From an uncultured Brevinematales bacterium (GTDB lineage Bacteria > Spirochaetota > Brevinematia > Brevinematales > CAYRWR01), in the NCBI GenBank assembly GCA_964537555.1, contig CAZIAD010000003.1, positions 3,921 through 67,920 on the forward strand: DNA of 64,000 nt, read 5' to 3'. This document shows, piece after piece, positions 48,376-55,797 of this stretch. Position 1 is the first letter of the stretch; each line of letters begins with the position of its first letter. Below the pieces are notes generated by a model. That model had not been told where the DNA came from and did not search any database. It saw only the letters and a list, made by a program, of their open reading frames with translations. A program made the position numbers and the translations under genes.

Positions 48376-48801
48376 TTAATCCGTATTTATCATCCACAGA
48401 GAGAATTCTTCCAGCCAGGCTATAAAACCGGCAAGGTGCTGCTCCGGGAATTGGTACTTTGCAGGGGCGTCCTTCAGTACCGATTTAAAACAGGCAAGCC
48501 AGGTATCCCTGCCCGGCCGGTCTATACGAAAAGGCATGTGTCGGGCCCGCATCCGGGGAGGGCCATAGCGTTCACTGTAGTCAGCAGGGCCGCCCAGCAT
48601 CTGTATGAAAAAAGCCCCGCTCCGGTGTGCCGCCTCTATAGGGTCTGGAGAAAACATGTCTGCTATGGCAGACTGATGCAGTTCCCGGTAGAAGTCCTCC
48701 ATCATGTGCAGAAAGTGCTCTTGCCCCATGACCGTATAGATCTCGGGGCTGGGTAATGCTCCCTGGGGTGGGCCGGCCGGAGGGGTGTAGGAGCCCATCA
48801 C
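48376..48801 (-). CDS. Group II truncated haemoglobin (GlbO/YjbI-like)
   Basis: FFIQMLGGPADYSERYGPPRMRARHMPFRIDRPGRDTWLACF matches the trHbO signature. Confidence 0.8.
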   Translation of the reverse strand: MMGSYTPPAGPPQGALPSPEIYTVMGQEHFLHMMEDFYRELHQSAIADMFSPDPIEAAHRSGAFFIQMLGGPADYSERYGPPRMRARHMPFRIDRPGRDTWLACFKSVLKDAPAKYQFPEQHLAGFIAWLEEFSLWMINTD

Positions 48802-49145
48802 AGTGCCTTATCCCAGGCATCTTCCTGAAACCCCACCAGACAGGTATCACCCGCTATCACAAAGGGACGCTTGACCAGGTTCCCGTTTTGAGAGAGGAGC
48901 TCCAGGGCTTGTTCCGGGGTCATAGTTTTAAGCCTGTCTTTAATTCCCAGAGTGCGGTAGTCCTGGCCCGAGGTATTAAAGAGCCGCTTCAGGTCACCCT
49001 GATATGCAGCCAGCATTTTTTTAAGCTCGGCCAGGGTGGGAGGGGTATCACGAATGGCAATAGGAGTGTAGTCTATTCCCCTGGCATTCAGATATTTTTT
49101 TGCTTTACTACAGGTACTGCATTTGTCGTACTGGTATAGCTTCAT
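48798..49145 (-). CDS. ArsC/Spx/YffB-family thiol protein
   Basis: LYQYDKCSTCSKAKKYL (CxxC), LFNTSGQDYR and LVKRPFV. 4-nt overlap with the downstream globin gene. Confidence 0.8.
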   Translation of the reverse strand: MKLYQYDKCSTCSKAKKYLNARGIDYTPIAIRDTPPTLAELKKMLAAYQGDLKRLFNTSGQDYRTLGIKDRLKTMTPEQALELLSQNGNLVKRPFVIAGDTCLVGFQEDAWDKAL

Positions 49146-49306
49146 GTTTTCTCCCCATTAGAAATGCTTGTAATAAGTATACTTTACCGGAAATAAAAAG
49201 ACTAAAAATATACTACTTTACTCATAGTAAAATGCTTCTGTAATAAAAGCCATTCTGAAAATAAAAATTAAATATCATTCTTTACCCGGATCAAAGGAAA
49301 TAACGC

Positions 49307-49335
49307 TTGCACTATAGTTAAAACACATATAAAAT
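49307..49335 (+). promoter_or_regulatory. Sigma-70-type promoter candidate for the afsA-like operon
   Basis: TTGCAC (49307-49312), 17-nt spacer, TAAAAT (49330-49335), about 115 nt upstream of ATG 49451. Confidence 0.35.
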
Positions 49336-49450
49336 TATGTATAAGAATTATACTGAAACAACTATTGAAGTGGATCATTAATGAAAAACTCTTCACTGTT
49401 TAATATGTGGCAATCGATTTTTGAATCATCGATTATCTACGGAGTAGTGT

Positions 49451-50716
49451 ATGAGTAAGTTCGAAACGGCAGACATAGATCTTGCATACTATCACAGTAT
49501 TCTGACCAACCATATTGATAAAAAGCTGGTGCATAAAAAAAATGATGCAAATGTCCTCATTTCCAATCTCCGACGTAGTCTACCTGAAATGATCAATTGT
49601 TCTACTATACCATTGTTACTGAACGACCCCTATTTTAAAAAGCTCTATTGCAGAGATAGGAACAAGCCGGGGAAAAAGATCTTCCTGTACCGTCTGCAAC
49701 AGACTGAGTTACACCGAAATCTTGCAAGTTCTTCTGTGTTTAAAGAATTAAGGCCCTTCCTGCAGTCCACAGCTAATGATCCCGAATACCTTTGCTTTAA
49801 AGAAAATATTGATATGAAAACTCGAATTCAGGCCATGGAGGCCTTAGATAAATTAGGAATGTATCCGGATGAATCTTCCAGAGTCAAATTATCTGAGTAT
49901 TTTGAAGAACAATTAGGTATTGCCAGGAAAGAGCAATTTTACGCTCATTTAAAAGTAAACCCTAAACATGCTTTTTTCTTTGAACATGGAAATGATCATA
50001 TTCCAGGCATGATGCTGATCGAAGCCATTCGGCAAATGGGCACTGCCTGCTGGCATCTGTACGGAAAAGTGCCGCTTAAAGGAAGTCATTTTATTCTATC
50101 CGGAATACAAGTGAGTTTTTTTAATTATATAAATATCCACCACCCTATACGTTTATGCGGAGTATTTAACGATATAGTTTATAGTAAAGAGGGAGTATGG
50201 CTATCTTATAATTTTGCATGTGCAGTCTACCAAAATGGTGAACTCTGTGCCACTTCCCAGATGCCGGGTAAAATGATCCATTCCCGATTATATAGCAGGA
50301 TACGTAATAAAAGTCTGAGTCCTTCATCGACGCAGCGCTTTCATCCGGTTATCTCTGGACATATTCATCTCTCACTCAAAGCCCCGGGAAGCGAAGATTT
50401 TATTTCGGTAGAATTAAAAGATCTGTCATATCAGGGATTTAGGGCGGATCTGGGAATTCAGGAGCCAAACCACACAGAATCAAACTGGGAATTTTGTATT
50501 ACTACAGATGAACAATGGGAAGTACGCGGCCTGTGTAACCATCTCTGGAAACAAAAAGAGGGCCCCGGCACTGGGTTCAGGATTATCAGTATGGATCCAG
50601 GTTCCGAAGAAGCATTGCTAAATATCATCATGAGATTTTGCTTAATCATTCCTGCTCGAGGGGAAGGCTTGAGAATAAATAATAAAATTAATGACAGTGG
50701 GACATTGGAACAATAA
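49451..50716 (+). CDS. AfsA-type hot-dog (A-factor/butenolide synthase-like) domain fused to a PilZ-like C-terminal domain
   Basis: LVHKKNDANVLISNL (aa 26-40), then HAFFFEHGNDHIPGMMLIEAIRQMG ... FILSGIQVSF ... RLYSRIR (aa ~160-285), follow the AfsA-repeat pattern. The C-terminus (aa ~293-397) has DLSYQGFRA and GTGFRIISMDPGSEEALLNIIMRF, as in PilZ, but RxxxR is degenerate (QRFHP). GGAG RBS at 49441-49444. Confidence 0.6.
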   Translation: MSKFETADIDLAYYHSILTNHIDKKLVHKKNDANVLISNLRRSLPEMINCSTIPLLLNDPYFKKLYCRDRNKPGKKIFLYRLQQTELHRNLASSSVFKELRPFLQSTANDPEYLCFKENIDMKTRIQAMEALDKLGMYPDESSRVKLSEYFEEQLGIARKEQFYAHLKVNPKHAFFFEHGNDHIPGMMLIEAIRQMGTACWHLYGKVPLKGSHFILSGIQVSFFNYINIHHPIRLCGVFNDIVYSKEGVWLSYNFACAVYQNGELCATSQMPGKMIHSRLYSRIRNKSLSPSSTQRFHPVISGHIHLSLKAPGSEDFISVELKDLSYQGFRADLGIQEPNHTESNWEFCITTDEQWEVRGLCNHLWKQKEGPGTGFRIISMDPGSEEALLNIIMRFCLIIPARGEGLRINNKINDSGTLEQ

Positions 50717-50737
50717 AGTGAATCAAGGGAGATAAAG

Positions 50738-51409
50738 ATGAAGACTCTGCACACTATTGCGGTAAATATTGATGGTGTAATATTAGTGGACACATTTAGT
50801 CCTGTTATCAAAGAACTGGTGCTAGGATATAATGGAGTGTATGACCGCGATTTAGAAAGAAATGTATTCTCTCAGGGTCAAAAAGAAGCCGCTCAATATA
50901 TTATAAAAAGATTTGGATTAAGTATCACTATTGAAGAAGTGATACAGGAATATTTCCAAAAAAGAAAAAAATATCTGGAAACCCATCCAAGTGGATTTAA
51001 TACCGGATTCCCCTCTTTTATTCAAAGACTAAGCACTCTCAATGTTCCCTTATTATGTTATGGTGGATTATCGGTTGACTACTTCCATCAGGAAATAGGA
51101 GAATACAGCCGGTTTTTCACACAATATGTCTGTACTGATAAGTTCCGGCCTGGAGTCAAAGAAATAATTTATGACTATCTCCATCTGCTTCCCAAACAGG
51201 TATTGTTTATCGATGACGTTTTCAGGGTGGCAGAATCTGCCCTGGCCCTAGGCACAGGATTTATCGGTATGCCTGCCTCTACTAGCTGGGGCTTTCAGGA
51301 ACAGGAGATGCGGGATGCCGGGATACAAAATATCGTACATTCACTGGATGATATTACTCTGCCTTTAATAAAACACATAGATGAAAGCCTATATTTATGC
51401 CAACAGTGA
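50738..51409 (+). CDS. HAD-superfamily hydrolase-like protein with Asn at the nucleophile position
   Basis: Motif I reads AVNIDGVIL (N-x-D-G-V instead of D-x-D-G-T), with the Asn codon aat at 50765-50767. Motif IV is VLFIDDVFRVAESA. Confidence 0.65.
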   Translation: MKTLHTIAVNIDGVILVDTFSPVIKELVLGYNGVYDRDLERNVFSQGQKEAAQYIIKRFGLSITIEEVIQEYFQKRKKYLETHPSGFNTGFPSFIQRLSTLNVPLLCYGGLSVDYFHQEIGEYSRFFTQYVCTDKFRPGVKEIIYDYLHLLPKQVLFIDDVFRVAESALALGTGFIGMPASTSWGFQEQEMRDAGIQNIVHSLDDITLPLIKHIDESLYLCQQ

Positions 51410-51450
51410 TTGAAATAAGCTCTAATTATTATGCAAAAGGAAGGTCAAAA

Positions 51451-52131
51451 ATGCGGGAAATGAGAATACAAGGGGTGCTATTCGATTTTGATGGGACTAT
51501 TTCGAAAAATGCTCTGTCAATAATTTTAGATTTTTTAAAGGACTATATCAATCAATATATCAACATCCCTGCCTCTTTCCTCAAGGATTATCTGAAATGC
51601 ATCACCACTTTAAATATTGGAGAGGCAACACATTTACTTTTTCAGTCATTGGGGCTCTCAGAATACACTAAAGACTTCCTGTCCCAATTAAATGATCTAT
51701 CCGAACATGCAGGGAGGAGTATAGTGATAGAAAGTGATTTCATTTCATTTTTAGAGTATTGTGAATCTCAGGGCATTGCATCAAGAGTTTTTTCCGCTGC
51801 CGGTTCCAGTGCATCTCGGTTTGAGCCCTTACACCCATACATGAAACAGGAACATTTTTTCTCTATAGCAGATTCTGAAAAGGCAAATCCAAACACATAT
51901 GTGGAACTTTCCGCAAAATATACAATTATTCCCCAGGAATGGCTCTATATTGACGACTCCCCCCTGGCATTATGGAACGCAAAATCTGCAGGCTTTCAGA
52001 CTGCCATGATGTTTAATGATATTTTTACGCCACATGACTACTCCTTGTATCAGGAACACATCGATTTTAGCCTGCCAGATTTTACTACTTTGCAGGATCA
52101 AATAGCCTATCATGGGCTTAGCCAAAACTAA
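51451..52131 (+). CDS. HAD-superfamily phosphatase (canonical motifs)
   Basis: Motif I VLFDFDGTIS and motif IV WLYIDDSPLALWNAKSAG. Start set at ATG 51451, after AAAGGAAGG; the ORF track starts at 51397. Confidence 0.75.
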   Translation: MREMRIQGVLFDFDGTISKNALSIILDFLKDYINQYINIPASFLKDYLKCITTLNIGEATHLLFQSLGLSEYTKDFLSQLNDLSEHAGRSIVIESDFISFLEYCESQGIASRVFSAAGSSASRFEPLHPYMKQEHFFSIADSEKANPNTYVELSAKYTIIPQEWLYIDDSPLALWNAKSAGFQTAMMFNDIFTPHDYSLYQEHIDFSLPDFTTLQDQIAYHGLSQN

Positions 52132-52179
52132 AATCCCTTTTAAAAAGCAGTGAATGGAGTCTGTAAACACTATGCTAAT

Positions 52180-53184
52180 TTACTTTCTTAGCACTCCCAC
52201 GATAAAAAATCCGGTCTCAGGTACCTTTGAAATAGTAAAATATAACTGCTGTCCATTATAAGTGCCTTCAAAAACCGCATCACCTTTGAGAATAGATTTT
52301 GCCAGATCCTGTAATATCTCAGGCTGAGTCTGATGGCTCAGCTTATATTCATCCTGAATAAAGGTATTTCCTTTCATTTGGCTGGTATAATCTATATCCT
52401 CGATCACTTTTAGGTCTAGAATATCTTTTACTCCCGAAGAAATCCCCAATAATGACATTCCAGGCCCGATCAGGAGAACATTATTCTGACTATTACCCAG
52501 GTATTTCGTGACAATTTTTCTAATACCCATATTTATGACTGCCACACCAATATTGCCCTGACTGGTTTTTATTGGCATAGATATGTCTATTACCCACCCA
52601 TTATAGAGATCAGTGAAAGGATATTCGGACCACATAGCTTTACCACTGGACTTCAAACCCCGTGTATACCATTCAAACTGGGTCAGTTGAACCCCAGGAG
52701 GAAATACAGAGATCATGTCATACCAGGGGTATAACAAGGCCAGATTATAGGGTTTATCAAAGCCTAAAAAAACCATATAAATAATATCTTTATGGTTTTC
52801 ATAGGCATCCATCATATATTTTTCAGTATAGGTGGCCTTTTTGACTTCTTTTTTCATATCCTCGGTAATAGGTTTCTGAGGGCTTAAATAAAATGCCGCT
52901 CCAATATTTGTGACTTTATAGTAGAAGTCATTATTTCTATAGGTAGTAAATAAGCCGCCTTCTTTGACATCGAGATTTGTGATGGACAGATCATATTGGT
53001 CCAGATGATTATATATGTTTTGTAAATTATCAACCAAATCTTCAATATTTAATCTGGCAGCTACAAATTCCTGATGCATCTCTCTTGCGATCTTCTGAGT
53101 CTCATTTGATAATTGCCGTTCCTGGTAAGAACATGACAGCAGAATTGAAGATAATAGTATTGTACTGAAAATATTCTTGCTCAT
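52180..53184 (-). CDS. Stand-alone double-Cache (dCache_1-like) lipoprotein
   Basis: Lipobox ILLSC. Distal module PWYDM...FEWYTRG...WSEYPFTDLYNGWVIDISMPIKTSQGNIGVAVINMGI and proximal module NVLLIGPGMSLLG...YFTISKVPETGFFIVGVL. There is no TM helix or output domain. Confidence 0.65.
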   Translation of the reverse strand: MSKNIFSTILLSSILLSCSYQERQLSNETQKIAREMHQEFVAARLNIEDLVDNLQNIYNHLDQYDLSITNLDVKEGGLFTTYRNNDFYYKVTNIGAAFYLSPQKPITEDMKKEVKKATYTEKYMMDAYENHKDIIYMVFLGFDKPYNLALLYPWYDMISVFPPGVQLTQFEWYTRGLKSSGKAMWSEYPFTDLYNGWVIDISMPIKTSQGNIGVAVINMGIRKIVTKYLGNSQNNVLLIGPGMSLLGISSGVKDILDLKVIEDIDYTSQMKGNTFIQDEYKLSHQTQPEILQDLAKSILKGDAVFEGTYNGQQLYFTISKVPETGFFIVGVLRK

Positions 53185-53244
53185 TTCTTGCCCCCCTTAT
53201 TATTTTACACTCCTAATCTTTAATATATTGACTTATAATTTATT

Positions 53245-55593
53245 TTATTTCAAGATTTTTTTTAGTTGCTCGGAAAGATCATAGAGGGTATAGGGTTTCT
53301 GTAAAAAACCAACTGCACCTTCTTCCAGCAGTCTGGAAATCTTTGTGTCATCTTTAAAACCGGAATGTATCAGAACAGGAATTTTATTATTTATCTTCCG
53401 TAACTCCTGAAAAGTCTCATAGCCGGATAATCCAGGCATAGATAAATCCAATATGATCAGTGATACATCATTTGTATTTTCTCTTAAGATATTTATTCCA
53501 TCTATACCATTTGCTGCAAAACTCACTGTAAAACCTAACAGATCCAGTAGAGCACCCAGGGTCTTGCGGATCAAATCTTCATCATCGATAACCAGTACAG
53601 TTCCCTGCCCTGTAAATCTATCGTCATTCTCTAAGTGGTTATCATCAGCCAGTTCCTTATTGACTGGCAAATATACCAGGAAAGTAGATCCCTCACCAGG
53701 GAAAGAGCTAACTTCGATAAACCCTTTGTGCAGCTGGATAATGTTATATACCATAGCTAATCCCAGGCCTGTGCCCTGGCCCATTGCTTTAGTGGTATAA
53801 AACGGATCAAAGATATGCGAAATGACCTCTTCATCCATTCCTATACCTGTATCTTTTACACTGATGAGCCAGTAGCTGTCACCGGTAGCCTGGGGGTGCG
53901 GAATTATGAGCTGCCCGGCATCAATTTTACTTAACTCCAGTATCAGAGTGCCTCCCATATTCTGATCCGATCCTCTCATAATGGTCATCGCATGCCAGGC
54001 ATTAATACAGAGATTAAGTAGAACCTGACTGATCTGATTGATGTCCCCGTATATAAGGGCTTTTTCAGGATAGGTAATAGCTTCTATGTTGACTGACTTA
54101 TCAAAGGTCCGTAAACACATCTTACTCACATCTTTTATGACCTGATTGAGATCGCTGTAACTGAACTTTAGCTCCTGTTTACGAGTCAAAGTCAGCAGAT
54201 TTTTTACTAATTCAGAGGCTTTAAATACAGTTGATTCAGTTATTGCCACCAGATCCAAAATATGGTCCATGTCAAACTTGTCGGATGTCAGCATCTCTTT
54301 GATTAAAGCATTGGAATTAAGTATTACAGTCAGGATATTATTAAAATCGTGGGCCAGGCCTCCCGAGAGTATCCCTATGGTTTCCATTTTTTGCATCTGC
54401 CTAATCTGATTATCTTTTTTAATACCCTCTGTCACATCATCCAGTACAATTACCACCCCGTCTGTCCTTTCATCCCGCATAGGGAAGACAGAGATATCTA
54501 AAAACGCTATTTCCTTTCGTTCCAGACGCACTTTAGATATCTTCCATGGTACTTTTTTATAAATAGCCGTATTAATTTCATCTGTATAGGTTTTTAAAAA
54601 CGGTATAACAGTCCACAGTACGGCTCCATTAATATTCTGCTCATCCAAATCAAAATACCTGCCGGCGGAATGGTTAATTAATTTTATATGGTAGGCATCA
54701 TCAATGCTTATAATAAATGAATTTAAAGAATGTATAATATTATCCAGAAAATGGTGGGATATAATTAATTCATGCTCTGCGTTTTTGAGACTCCCAAGGG
54801 TTACATTTATGTGTTCTGCCATGTTATTAAAAGCTTCATCCAAAAGCTTAAATTCCCCTGATGCATGAGAGTCCGCACGAACATCATAATCACCTTCAGC
54901 AATACGTGTAGATATAGCAGTGAGATACTCTATAGGCTGAGTCAATCTGTGTGCCAGAATGAGAGAAACTACAATGGAAAGAACTAGAATCACTGCTCCG
55001 GTTATAATGATAAATAGTTTTGCATAATTAAGATTTTTTTCCAGGCTTAATAAAGCATCTTCAAAATCTTTCCGAGTGCCACCATAGACTAGCATCAGCT
55101 TTTCATTTAATAAGTCCCGATTCCTCATAAATTTATTGATAGCATCCTGTGAAATCCTCAGGCCCTTTTTCTGTACCTCCACCATAAAAGTACCGGCAAA
55201 GAGATAATAATTTTTAAATAAATTTAACAGATCATGATATGCATCATTTTCCAGGGTGATCTCGTTAATAGACCGGATATTTTCATAAAACTTCCCTGCA
55301 TATTGGTCCAACATTTCTTTTTGTTTTTCAAATCCGGGGGAATCTACTAAAAAAGTGTTCCAGACTTCCGCCTGTATTCTATATATGATCTCTGAACAGT
55401 CCTGAGTATTTACATTAACATTGAAGATCTTTTGTGTAATAAACTTCATCTGATTAGTTGTTTTCTGATAAAAAGTCAGATTGATAATCAAGAGTATAAG
55501 GCTGAGAAGTATAAACAGAACAAATCCCGCTAAAATCCGATATCTAAATTTCATATTATCCCTAATATAATGGTATAACTTTTTGATTGCCAT
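53245..55593 (-). CDS. Hybrid sensor histidine kinase (TM-helical periplasmic domain-TM-HAMP-PAS-HisKA-HATPase-REC)
   Basis: Two TM helices flank a helical loop of about 150 aa. HAMP (LTQPIEYLT...AEGDYD), H-box GGLAHDFNNILTVI, N-box LLNLCINAWHA, G-boxes DTGIGM / GTGLGL, and REC domain VLVIDDED...IILDLSMPGLSG...KP. Confidence 0.9.
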   Translation of the reverse strand: MAIKKLYHYIRDNMKFRYRILAGFVLFILLSLILLIINLTFYQKTTNQMKFITQKIFNVNVNTQDCSEIIYRIQAEVWNTFLVDSPGFEKQKEMLDQYAGKFYENIRSINEITLENDAYHDLLNLFKNYYLFAGTFMVEVQKKGLRISQDAINKFMRNRDLLNEKLMLVYGGTRKDFEDALLSLEKNLNYAKLFIIITGAVILVLSIVVSLILAHRLTQPIEYLTAISTRIAEGDYDVRADSHASGEFKLLDEAFNNMAEHINVTLGSLKNAEHELIISHHFLDNIIHSLNSFIISIDDAYHIKLINHSAGRYFDLDEQNINGAVLWTVIPFLKTYTDEINTAIYKKVPWKISKVRLERKEIAFLDISVFPMRDERTDGVVIVLDDVTEGIKKDNQIRQMQKMETIGILSGGLAHDFNNILTVILNSNALIKEMLTSDKFDMDHILDLVAITESTVFKASELVKNLLTLTRKQELKFSYSDLNQVIKDVSKMCLRTFDKSVNIEAITYPEKALIYGDINQISQVLLNLCINAWHAMTIMRGSDQNMGGTLILELSKIDAGQLIIPHPQATGDSYWLISVKDTGIGMDEEVISHIFDPFYTTKAMGQGTGLGLAMVYNIIQLHKGFIEVSSFPGEGSTFLVYLPVNKELADDNHLENDDRFTGQGTVLVIDDEDLIRKTLGALLDLLGFTVSFAANGIDGINILRENTNDVSLIILDLSMPGLSGYETFQELRKINNKIPVLIHSGFKDDTKISRLLEEGAVGFLQKPYTLYDLSEQLKKILK

Positions 55594-55690
55594 TCCACCC
55601 CTTGACTATACTATTATAAAAGATATCTGCCAAAACTCCAGCCCTAGAACCAATTATTTATTCAGTTGGCATTTAAAAAAACCGATTAGC

Positions 55691-55720
55691 TTGACACAAT
55701 CTCAGATCACTGATTACAAT
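55691..55720 (+). promoter_or_regulatory. Sigma-70-type promoter candidate for the binding-protein gene
   Basis: TTGACA (55691-55696), 18-nt spacer, TACAAT (55715-55720). Confidence 0.5.
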
Positions 55721-55797
55721 ACTTGTAACTATACTCAATAATAATACATCAAAGGATTATATCCATTCAATTCAGAGAGGTTTTTAGGGAGGAAACA

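Noticed and set aside
49146-55797. Calling the AT-rich island an integrative mobile element
   Set aside because: No integrase, transposase, tRNA attachment site or flanking direct or inverted repeats were found by eye at either boundary. Only the compositional shift supports foreign origin.
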